From assembly GCA_902799835.1 (NCBI GenBank), contig CADCCF010000006.1, forward strand, positions 25,803 to 89,802: DNA of 64,000 nucleotides. The letters run 5' to 3'. The translations under genes were made by a program, and so were the position numbers. The stretch comes from an uncultured Pseudomonadota bacterium. GTDB taxonomy: Bacteria; Pseudomonadota; Alphaproteobacteria; RF32; CAG-239. Below, piece by piece: positions 35,843 through 44,609 of the stretch; position 1 is the first letter of the stretch, and each line of letters opens with the position of its first letter. A model generated the notes under the pieces. It worked only from the letters and a program-made list of their open reading frames with translations, searched no databases and was not told where the DNA came from.

Positions 35843-37099
35843 TTAGCGAGATGACTGCAAACAAGCTATGAAAAATCCGTCAGCATTGCCAAATGATAAT
35901 AAGTAATGAGGTAATATGCGAATAAAGCCATGGGAATCGGCTAAATTTTTGAGCTCGTCGGGAAGTTTGGGCGCGAGGTTGACAATGTTAAAGGTCGGAT
36001 TATCTGCAAGAAAACTGAGAATTTGGTCTTCCCCTTCTTCACGACACAAAGAACAAGTGCAATAAATCAAGTAGCCATGCGGTTTTAGAACGTTGGGAAT
36101 AAGTTTAAGGATTTGTGATTGCAAGAGGCTTTGATTGATAACATCTTGAGAAGTTTTGATCTGAGCAATTTCAGGGTGGCGGCGAATGGTACCGGTGGCT
36201 GAACATGGAGCATCAAGCAAAATAATATCGTATTTTTCTTTGGTTGAATTCAGGTAATCAACAGCATCGGCGCAGATGATGTCATGAGGCGAAAGTTTAA
36301 GACGTTGCAAATTTTGTTGCAAGATCTTAAGACGAGATGCTGAAATGTCAACAGCAGTAACGATGGCTCCAGACGATAACAATTGTGCGGTTTTTCCACC
36401 GGGGGCTGCACATAAATCCAGTACATTTTTACCTTTGAGATTATCTAATAACTTTACCGGCAAAGAAGACGAAAAATCTTGTACCCACCAAACACCTTTG
36501 TCATAATCAGGGAGTTCATTTATTTTTCCTTTTGTTTTGAGGCGCAATGTTCCTAGCGGCAACAATTGTCCGAGCTCGTTAATCGGGGAGGAAGAATCCA
36601 TTATGGTTATGTCCAAAAGCGGTTCGGTTATGGATGATTTCTCAATTAAGTCTATGGTGTTTTTATCATAACTTGTTTGTAATAATTTTTTGAAGGCTTG
36701 ATTAAAAAATTGGCCTCGGTCGGCTTGTTGTAATTGAGTTTTTTGGCGGCCTATATTGCGCAGAACAGCGTTGATAAAACCTGAGGCAAAACGATTGAGT
36801 TGCTTTTTAGCAATGTTTACATAAGAATTGATAACCGCATAATCAGGGGATTGCATATATAATAATTCGCAAGCACCTAAGGTAAGGATGTTTTTTACCA
36901 AAGCTGATTTTGATTTTTTTTGCGATGACAGGCGATTGATTACTTGTTCAATGTATGGCAAATGGCGTAGTGATGTCATGACCAGCATTCTTACAAAGGC
37001 CACATCATTACCAGCAATATCGGATGGTATTTGAAAAGGTTGTTTTTGGCTCATTACATTGTCAAAAATTTGCAGAGCTAAAGCGCGCGAATCGTTCAT
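35843..37099 (-). CDS. rsmB: 16S rRNA (cytosine-C5) methyltransferase
   Basis: Has a NusB-like N-terminus and the SAM loop DLCAAPGGKT. The catalytic Cys motifs are DAPCSATGTIRRHPE and CTCSLCREE. Confidence 0.9.
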   Translation of the reverse strand: MNDSRALALQIFDNVMSQKQPFQIPSDIAGNDVAFVRMLVMTSLRHLPYIEQVINRLSSQKKSKSALVKNILTLGACELLYMQSPDYAVINSYVNIAKKQLNRFASGFINAVLRNIGRQKTQLQQADRGQFFNQAFKKLLQTSYDKNTIDLIEKSSITEPLLDITIMDSSSPINELGQLLPLGTLRLKTKGKINELPDYDKGVWWVQDFSSSLPVKLLDNLKGKNVLDLCAAPGGKTAQLLSSGAIVTAVDISASRLKILQQNLQRLKLSPHDIICADAVDYLNSTKEKYDIILLDAPCSATGTIRRHPEIAQIKTSQDVINQSLLQSQILKLIPNVLKPHGYLIYCTCSLCREEGEDQILSFLADNPTFNIVNLAPKLPDELKNLADSHGFIRILPHYLLSFGNADGFFIACLQSSR

Positions 37100-37242
37100 A
37101 TTTATACCTCATCAAAATTTAACTGTGATGATATAGAAACACGAACATAATTACAAGTTTTAAAAATCTCTCTTGTAAAATATAATAAACTGAGATATTT
37201 TGTTAGCCGATTAATAATTTTTTTATAAGATGGTTGACGAAG

Positions 37243-39702
37243 ATGAGCAAAAAATACAACGGAAAAAACACTTTTGAAGAATGGCAACAAAGTTGGAAAA
37301 TAGAGGATAGATATAATTTTAAATCTATTGAGAAAAAGTGGCAAGAAATTTGGGAAGACGAAAAAGTTTATCATGTTGAAATTGATAAAAATAAAGAAAA
37401 GTTCTATGCTTTAGTTGAGTTTCCATATCCTTCAGGAGCCGGATTGCATGTGGGACATCCTCGTTCATATACAGCATTGGATGTTATTTCGCGCAAAAAG
37501 CGCATGCAAGGTTTTAATGTGTTATATCCGATAGGATTTGACGCTTTTGGTTTACCGGCTGAGAATTATGCTATTAAGACCGGTATTCATCCGGCAATAT
37601 CCACCAAAGAAAATATCGCTAATTTTACCCGTCAACTTAAGATGATCGGTATGTCTTTTGATTGGGACAGATGCATTTCAACCTGTGATCCAGAATATTA
37701 TAAATGGACGCAGTGGATGTTTATTCAACTGTATAAAAAAGGCTTAGCCTATAAAGGAAAAATGGCTATTAACTGGTGTCCATCCTGCAAGGTAGGACTT
37801 GCCAATGAAGAGGTAGTTAACGGCTGCTGTGAAAGATGCGGATCTCCGGTAGTTCGCAAAGAAAAAGAGCAGTGGATTGTGGCAATCACCAAATATGCAG
37901 ACAGACTAATTGATGATTTAGAAGGGCTGAATTTTGTTGATAGGGTTAAGTCGCAACAGACTAATTGGATCGGGCGTTCAGAAGGCGCTGAATTGGATTT
38001 TGCTTTTGGTGATGATAAGTTAAAAGTATTTACAACTCGTCCGGATACGGCCTTTGGTGTAACTTATATGGTTTTGGCTCCGGAACATCCGTTTGTTGCA
38101 AAATACATGAACAAATTTGAAAATCAAAATGAAATTAAGGCTTATATTGAAGAAACAGCAAAGAAATCAGAGTTGCAGCGTTCTATCGGTGAGGAAAAGA
38201 CCGGCGTTGAGTTAAAGGGTATTAAGGCTCAGAACCCATTTAACGGAGAGATGATACCGGTATTTATTTCCGATTATGTTTTAACCGGATACGGTACTGG
38301 GGCAATTATGGCGGTTCCGGCGCATGATCAACGCGACTATGACTTTGCCAAAACTTTCAATTTGCCGATTGTTCAGGTTTTGGCCGGTGGCGATATATCA
38401 GAAAAGGCTTGGGAAGAAGACGGCGAGCATATAAACTCAGGTTTCTTGAACGGGTTAAATAAAGAAGATGCGATGCGCAAAGCCATTGATTATGCTGTAG
38501 AAAAAGGTTTCGGTAATTCCAAAATCAACTTTAAATTGCGTGATTGGATTTTCTCACGTCAACGCTATTGGGGCGAGCCGATACCGATGGTGTATTGTGA
38601 GCATTGCGGATGGCAACCTTTAGATGAAAAAGATTTGCCGCTTACTTTGCCTGAAGTTAAAGATTATTTGCCTAATGACGAGGGAGATTCTCCATTGGCT
38701 AAGGCCGAAGATTGGGTTAATACCACTTGTCCGAAATGTGGCGGACATGCCAGACGCGAGACCGATGTAATGCCGAACTGGGCCGGATCGTCTTGGTATT
38801 TTCTGCGTTATTGTGATCCGCATAATTCAAAAGAATTTGCCTCTAAGGAAGCGCTTGATTATTGGATGAATGTTGACTGGTATAACGGAGGAATGGAACA
38901 TACCACCTTGCACTTACTGTATTCGCGGTTTTGGCACAAGTTTTTGTATGACTGTGGTTATGTCCCGACTAAAGAACCATATAATAAGCGTACTTCGCAT
39001 GGTATGATTTTGGCCGCAAATGGCGAAAAAATGTCAAAGTCACGCGGCAATGTAGTTAACCCCGATGAAATTGTGGAGAATTATGGGGCGGACAGTTTCA
39101 GACTTTATGAAATGTTTATCGGACCTTTTGAGCAGACTGCAATGTGGTCGGAAGAAAGTCTGATGGGAGTTTATCGTTTTGTCGGTAAAATTTACAACCT
39201 ATTCAAAAAAGTTTGTAAAGATGATGAAGCTCCTTTGAATGGTGATGATTTGCGCGCCATGCACAGCTGTATTTTAGAAGTGACCGAACGTATAGATCAA
39301 ATGAAGTTTAATACGGCTGTTTCTTCATTGATGAGTTATGTTAATTATCTTTCTAACAAGGAAAAGATTAGCTGCACTTTATATGAAAACTTATTAAAAT
39401 TGCTTGCTCCGTTTACTCCGCATTTGGCTGAAGAAATGTGGGCAAGGTTGGGACATGATAGTTTGATTGTTACGGAAAGTTGGCCTAAGGGCGATGCGAA
39501 ATTAGCTGAAAACAGTGTGGTGACATATGCTGTGCAAATTTGTGGCAAAATGCGCGGAACCATCGATTTGCCCAAAGATATGCCCAAAGATGAGGTAGAA
39601 AAATCCGCCTTGAATTTGGATAATATAAAGCGCAATGTTGATGGTAAAGAGATTAAAAAGATAATTGTTGTTCCTAATAAGATTGTTAATATTGTGGTTT
39701 AG
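37243..39702 (+). CDS. leuS: Leucyl-tRNA synthetase
   Basis: Has the HIGH motif (GLHVGHPRSY) and the KMSKS motif (EKMSKSRGN), plus the CP1 and Zn-like CxxC pairs. The track start TTG 37234 is replaced by ATG 37243. Confidence 0.96.
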   Translation: MSKKYNGKNTFEEWQQSWKIEDRYNFKSIEKKWQEIWEDEKVYHVEIDKNKEKFYALVEFPYPSGAGLHVGHPRSYTALDVISRKKRMQGFNVLYPIGFDAFGLPAENYAIKTGIHPAISTKENIANFTRQLKMIGMSFDWDRCISTCDPEYYKWTQWMFIQLYKKGLAYKGKMAINWCPSCKVGLANEEVVNGCCERCGSPVVRKEKEQWIVAITKYADRLIDDLEGLNFVDRVKSQQTNWIGRSEGAELDFAFGDDKLKVFTTRPDTAFGVTYMVLAPEHPFVAKYMNKFENQNEIKAYIEETAKKSELQRSIGEEKTGVELKGIKAQNPFNGEMIPVFISDYVLTGYGTGAIMAVPAHDQRDYDFAKTFNLPIVQVLAGGDISEKAWEEDGEHINSGFLNGLNKEDAMRKAIDYAVEKGFGNSKINFKLRDWIFSRQRYWGEPIPMVYCEHCGWQPLDEKDLPLTLPEVKDYLPNDEGDSPLAKAEDWVNTTCPKCGGHARRETDVMPNWAGSSWYFLRYCDPHNSKEFASKEALDYWMNVDWYNGGMEHTTLHLLYSRFWHKFLYDCGYVPTKEPYNKRTSHGMILAANGEKMSKSRGNVVNPDEIVENYGADSFRLYEMFIGPFEQTAMWSEESLMGVYRFVGKIYNLFKKVCKDDEAPLNGDDLRAMHSCILEVTERIDQMKFNTAVSSLMSYVNYLSNKEKISCTLYENLLKLLAPFTPHLAEEMWARLGHDSLIVTESWPKGDAKLAENSVVTYAVQICGKMRGTIDLPKDMPKDEVEKSALNLDNIKRNVDGKEIKKIIVVPNKIVNIVV

Positions 39703-39713
39703 GAGAGGCGAAA

Positions 39714-40247
39714 ATGAATTTGCTTAAAATATTGGCGGTGGTATTATTGGTTAGTTCATGCGGGTTTCAGCCGTTGTATGTACAGCGCGATAATTCTTCA
39801 AATTGGTATTTTGGCGATAAATTTGATACTTCAATTGTCGAAGAATTGGCTAAGATAAAAGTTGTCGCTATAAAAGATCGTTTTGGGCAACAATTGCGCA
39901 ACCATTTATTGGATTTGTTGACACCCAAAGGAGTTCCGAATGACCCGCAATATCGTTTGGTGGTTGAGGTATTATCAAAAAGTGTAACCCAACAAGCCAT
40001 GCGTGATGACGTTACCGCGACTAACGAACGTATTAAATATGTGGTAGGTTATAAGCTATATGAAGATTCTGAGTTGTTAGTTGAAGGTGATTCAATAGCA
40101 TTTGTCAGCTATGATATTTTGTCTGATCCTTATTCTACAACCATGTCACAAAAGAAGGCAGAAGCTGACGCGGCAAAAATTGTGGCGGATGATATTACGT
40201 TGCGATTGGGTGCATATTTTCATACTCAGTTTGGCGACAATAAATGA
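39714..40247 (+). CDS. lptE: LPS-assembly lipoprotein LptE
   Basis: Has the lipobox LVSSCGFQPLY. It occupies the conserved leuS-lptE-holA position. Confidence 0.75.
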   Translation: MNLLKILAVVLLVSSCGFQPLYVQRDNSSNWYFGDKFDTSIVEELAKIKVVAIKDRFGQQLRNHLLDLLTPKGVPNDPQYRLVVEVLSKSVTQQAMRDDVTATNERIKYVVGYKLYEDSELLVEGDSIAFVSYDILSDPYSTTMSQKKAEADAAKIVADDITLRLGAYFHTQFGDNK

Positions 40248-41287
40248 TATTTAAATCAGCCCAAATCGAAGCCTATTGTAAAAAGCCGGATATGAATATC
40301 AAGGCCGTGTTGGTTTATGGGACAAATGAAGGTTTGGTTTCGGAGTATGTTCGCCGTTTTGCCAAGACGGTTGCAAATGATTTACAGGATCCTTTTGCCG
40401 TGGTTAATCTTGATTGGGGGGAAGTTAAACGTGACAGCGGACAGTTGATCGCTGAGTATAATGCGCAATCTTTAATGGCTGGTAGAAGAGTTATTTGTCT
40501 GCGAGATGGGGATAATGATTTAACTAAAGTTTTGCAGGAATTTATTGAAGATAGTAAATCGAATAACTTGCTTATTGTTTCAGGCGTTAGCAGTTTGAAT
40601 ACGCGCAGTTCATTAGTTAATTATTTTAATAATGAAAAATTTTTAATCTGTGTTGCTTGTTATGAAGATCGTGAAGCTGATATAGCTACCTCAATTAAGA
40701 AAAAGTTAGCAGAGCAACAGATTACTTATACCAAAGATGCTTTTGAGATTTTGTGTTCACGCATGTCAAACGATCGTATGGCAAACTTAAATGAAATTGA
40801 AAAGTTGATAACTTATGTTGGAGTGAGCCGCCATTTTGAAGTTGATGACGTGCGTAAGGTAGTTTTTGATGCGTCGGTATCTATGTCGGATGATTTATGT
40901 TTTTATGTCTTTTCCGGACAGAAATACAAAGCTTTGCGGGCATTGAAGAACATGCTTAATGAGGGTGTTGAAGAAATTCAGATTATTCGCAGTTTAGCCA
41001 AACATGTAAACGCATTGTTAGAAGGAAAATCTTTGACCGAAGGTGGTCTTTCAGCAAGCGAGGCGATAAAAAAAGTGTTATCTAAACGATTGTTTTATTG
41101 TTATGATGCCGGAGCGATACAAATAAGCTGTTGGTCGAAAGACAGACTTTTTGATGTTATGGATTTGTTATATAAGGCAGAAAAAGATTGCAAAACTACT
41201 AACTTTCCCACTACAGACATATTAAACTATCTTATTTTGACTTTGGTGGCTGCTGCTGCAAAGTTGGTTAAGTTGCCACGATTTTAG
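40244..41287 (+). CDS. holA: DNA polymerase III delta subunit
   Basis: The call rests on size, position after lptE (ATGA overlap) and the N-terminal VLVYGTNEGLVSEY pattern. Confidence 0.8.
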   Translation: MIFKSAQIEAYCKKPDMNIKAVLVYGTNEGLVSEYVRRFAKTVANDLQDPFAVVNLDWGEVKRDSGQLIAEYNAQSLMAGRRVICLRDGDNDLTKVLQEFIEDSKSNNLLIVSGVSSLNTRSSLVNYFNNEKFLICVACYEDREADIATSIKKKLAEQQITYTKDAFEILCSRMSNDRMANLNEIEKLITYVGVSRHFEVDDVRKVVFDASVSMSDDLCFYVFSGQKYKALRALKNMLNEGVEEIQIIRSLAKHVNALLEGKSLTEGGLSASEAIKKVLSKRLFYCYDAGAIQISCWSKDRLFDVMDLLYKAEKDCKTTNFPTTDILNYLILTLVAAAAKLVKLPRF

Positions 41288-42639
41288 TAGTGTTGATTTT
41301 GCAATAGGTTAGCAATAAGTTCAGGTATATTTTGTTGTTGATTGCTTTCTATAATTTTTAAGGCGTCAATTTCTTGCTCGGTGAAGCTATTATTGATATT
41401 TAGAGAATCGTAATATTGCTTAGCTATATTGTGCATTTTAGTGGCTTGTAATGTGTTGCCTTGTGCATACAGATAATTAGACATATTTTGGCTGGCATTA
41501 GCAAGTTCGCTGGCATTTATTTCAGAATCGGCAAAGGAATAGGCGTTTTGGTAGGCCCAAATTGCTTTGGATTCAGAATTAGCTTGACGATAAACATCGC
41601 CCAATCTGCTCCAGGCAGTTGCATTACTGGAATTAAGTTCAATTGCCATCTCATAGACCGAAGTTGCCAACATAAGATCACTGTTTTCAGCCAGTGTACC
41701 GAGACAGCAAGCATAATCGGATACTTGAGAGAAAATTTGTTGGCGCTTGTTTTCAGAAGCATTATTGCTTTTATCAATGCTTTTATCCATTAAATTTTCC
41801 AGTAGTACCAAAGCTAGAGATACATCATTGTTGATTAGATGATAAAGCGCTTGTTCCACATCGGGAAGTTCTTGATAATTCTCCAATTTATAAAATTTAT
41901 CAGATTGGCACAAACTTATAAAGTATTTTACAGCACTGATAAGCTTTAGTATGTCGTTTTCATCGCTCAAACCCTGAGTCTTATAATTGAGAGTTTGAGC
42001 GATTTTAAGGTCATCGACACCACGGCCGAACATATTAATGAGTAGTCCAATCAGGCTGTATAATTTGGAAACCTCTTGTTTGTAAGAAAGATTTGATGCA
42101 TCTATGTTATCAATTGTATTCGCCGCTTCATTTGGCGTTTGCTGTTTTTTCCAATCAAAACTTATTTCGGAATCTATTTTGTTCTTAAAAGAGTTGAGAC
42201 GTTGATAATCATTTTCCTCTTCCTGCTTTTTTTTACGTGCATTTTCTTCTTTTTCTTGATTTTGCAATAATAAATTTTGTTGTTCTTGCTCTTTTTTTTG
42301 TTCTAATTCAGCTCGTTGAGCCAAAGCTAGATCAAGTTCTTTTTGCAATTCTAATTCCAATTCCTGTTGCTCTTCTTCGCTAAAAACGGAATCGGATTCG
42401 TAACTTGATGATTTATTAGATTGTCGGGATGATGTCTTGCGAAATAAGTTGATAATGTTGCAGAATATGACAACGACAATTAATAACAGGAAAATTATCA
42501 GCGCCGATATAATTAGAGCCAAAGCAGTAATTTTTATGTTGTCAAGCTCAGATATGTTAATATTTAACCGGTTAAGCGCAAACGAAAACTGTTCAAAAGC
42601 TTTGTTGACAAACTCTGAAGATAAAAGTTTTTCCAACAT
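41284..42639 (-). CDS. Membrane-anchored coiled-coil / TPR-like hypothetical protein
   Basis: Has one N-terminal TM helix (ITALALIISALIIFLLLIVVVIF). It also has an E/Q/K-rich coiled segment and a C-terminal TPR-like region (AWSRLGDVYRQANSESKAIWAYQNAYSF). Confidence 0.55.
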   Translation of the reverse strand: MLEKLLSSEFVNKAFEQFSFALNRLNINISELDNIKITALALIISALIIFLLLIVVVIFCNIINLFRKTSSRQSNKSSSYESDSVFSEEEQQELELELQKELDLALAQRAELEQKKEQEQQNLLLQNQEKEENARKKKQEEENDYQRLNSFKNKIDSEISFDWKKQQTPNEAANTIDNIDASNLSYKQEVSKLYSLIGLLINMFGRGVDDLKIAQTLNYKTQGLSDENDILKLISAVKYFISLCQSDKFYKLENYQELPDVEQALYHLINNDVSLALVLLENLMDKSIDKSNNASENKRQQIFSQVSDYACCLGTLAENSDLMLATSVYEMAIELNSSNATAWSRLGDVYRQANSESKAIWAYQNAYSFADSEINASELANASQNMSNYLYAQGNTLQATKMHNIAKQYYDSLNINNSFTEQEIDALKIIESNQQQNIPELIANLLQNQHY

Positions 42640-42721
42640 TATTCCTAACCCATTTACAAAACTATTTTTTATTCTATACTGATTATAGAATCTGATTTAA
42701 ATTAATGCAAACAAATTAATA

Positions 42722-43441
42722 ATGGGTTACTTAAGTCAAAAAAAATATAAAGAAAGAGAAAATGTTTTTTTTGTGGTCGTTTCGATTGTAATGGCTGCTA
42801 TTGCTTTTTTGTTGTTGTTAAATCCTGAATTTACTTTCTTTAATCTTAATCTGTTTCATTTTTATTGTATTGGTTTTATAGCTTTTCTTGCTGCGGTTGT
42901 TGCCAAAAAACTTGTGCCTATTTTGGTGTTAGGTTTGTCGTTGGTAGTTATTTATGTTTTGTTGGCTATCTCAGGAAATATATTCTTTTCGGATCGAGTT
43001 AATGGCGGAGATGAAGTGGAGGTAACATTTAATAATGATTTGGAGATGCCGGCCGCTCTGTCAAAAGGGGTATTAGTTTCTGATGATAAAGTATTGGCTT
43101 CTTATGCGGTGGTTAATGAGGAAGCTCCGTTGATGGTAATAATGGTTGATTTTAGGGGGTTTGCCAAAGATAAATATAAAACGTTGCTTAAAAATCTTCG
43201 AAAATTTGTTATAAAACAAGATGTTGAAGTGGTGCTTTTGGGTAATTTCGGTATGCCAGCATGGTCAAAGCACTTTCGCAAATTTACCGAAGCTTCGGGG
43301 TTGATGGTTAAAAACAGGTTTATTTTTGATGGATTTTTTAGTGTTCCGCAGTTTTATGTGTTGGGGTATAAGGAAGTCGGGGTGAAAAGCATTACTCGAA
43401 AGGGAAATAATTGGATTGTGAAAGTTTCCTATAATCTTTGA
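42722..43441 (+). CDS. Membrane protein with a short, apparently degenerate endonuclease/exonuclease/phosphatase-like C-terminal region
   Basis: Has three N-terminal TM helices. VVLLGNFGMPAWSKHF resembles the GDFN..pWS block of membrane EEP proteins, with the Asp replaced. Confidence 0.4.
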   Translation: MGYLSQKKYKERENVFFVVVSIVMAAIAFLLLLNPEFTFFNLNLFHFYCIGFIAFLAAVVAKKLVPILVLGLSLVVIYVLLAISGNIFFSDRVNGGDEVEVTFNNDLEMPAALSKGVLVSDDKVLASYAVVNEEAPLMVIMVDFRGFAKDKYKTLLKNLRKFVIKQDVEVVLLGNFGMPAWSKHFRKFTEASGLMVKNRFIFDGFFSVPQFYVLGYKEVGVKSITRKGNNWIVKVSYNL

Positions 43442-43444
43442 TTT

Positions 43445-44518
43445 TTATAGGTTTGTTGTTGCTTTTTCGATAATTTCATTCATTACTGAATTTGAGTGCG
43501 AATCGTTGAGCGATGAATATATTTTTTTTGCTTGTTTAGCGTGATGAGTGGCTTTGCGCCATTGTTTGAGCCCCAAATAGGCTCGGGCAAGAATGTCATG
43601 ATGAAAAGCGGTAAGTTTATCATCACATTTTTTGGTATTAAGGGACATAATTTGTTTTATGGCGTTGTGATGATTGTGCATGGTTACATCAAGCAAAGCC
43701 ATATAGCAGACGGCTAAATAATGTAACTGATGATTATTCAAATGGTTAGTGTGATTAATTGAAATATCAAGAAAATGGCGAGCATCGTCCCACCTTTCTT
43801 GCGCAGCAGTCAACAGTCCCAGCTGACAAGCAGCTTTGGCCGCACCAAGGTCACATTTTAAGTGATTAAATATATTTAATGAATTGCGAAGCATTAGTTC
43901 GGATGAATCGTAAAATTTTCCGGTTTGATAAATTTGTCCGAGCAGGAAATAAGTGTCAGCTTCTTCGAATGAAAAATCTTGTTTTTTGAAGAGGCTGATT
44001 GCTTGTATGCACCAAGCTGAAGCATTGAGTAAATCACCATCATGATAGGCTAATTGTGAGTCCAAATACAATTTTAAGGCGGCAGCTATCCGAGAGCGCG
44101 GCTTTTCGTTTATTTTTTGGAGTAGCCGACGAGGCTGAGTGTAAATGCCTTGGCAGATGAGTTTTTTAGCATACAAGAGAGTTAAATATGGTTGATTAAA
44201 CTTGGGTGCGGAAGATTTTTTTGAAGTCATTAAAGACAGTTGATATTTAAGCTTGGAATCGTTTATATTCTTTAATAAATCGGCGGTATTTTCATGAAAA
44301 ATGTATTTTAGCAGTTCTTTTTTTCTGATGCGTGATTGCTTACATATATAGAAAGTCAATTGTTTGACAGTTAAGGTTGAAAAATAATCGCAGTTTATAA
44401 AAATATTGTTAAGTGATTGATGAATAATCTTTTTTTGAAAATTTTTACTGCGTAATATAAAAATTATCACAGGGGTTAATGCTAACAGTATCCATAGGAA
44501 GAAAATAAAATGTTGCAT
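43445..44518 (-). CDS. Membrane-anchored TPR-like hypothetical protein
   Basis: Has an N-terminal TM helix (FIFFLWILLALTPVIIFIL). Repeated A/L/Y-rich helical pairs then run through the C-terminus. Confidence 0.55.
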   Translation of the reverse strand: MQHFIFFLWILLALTPVIIFILRSKNFQKKIIHQSLNNIFINCDYFSTLTVKQLTFYICKQSRIRKKELLKYIFHENTADLLKNINDSKLKYQLSLMTSKKSSAPKFNQPYLTLLYAKKLICQGIYTQPRRLLQKINEKPRSRIAAALKLYLDSQLAYHDGDLLNASAWCIQAISLFKKQDFSFEEADTYFLLGQIYQTGKFYDSSELMLRNSLNIFNHLKCDLGAAKAACQLGLLTAAQERWDDARHFLDISINHTNHLNNHQLHYLAVCYMALLDVTMHNHHNAIKQIMSLNTKKCDDKLTAFHHDILARAYLGLKQWRKATHHAKQAKKIYSSLNDSHSNSVMNEIIEKATTNL

Positions 44519-44609
44519 ACGAATCGAGTTTCTTTACTTTAAATTAGTTTTTGATTGGTTATGATTGGATGATAATGGAAAAGAAATTTATTGTATAGGG
44601 GTTTTTATT

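Noticed and set aside
37102-37374. A 90-aa minus-strand ORF lies between rsmB and leuS and overlaps the leuS start.
   Set aside because: It gives a Phe/Leu/Ile-rich translation of AT-rich promoter DNA. It overlaps the leuS N-terminus and has no start signals.
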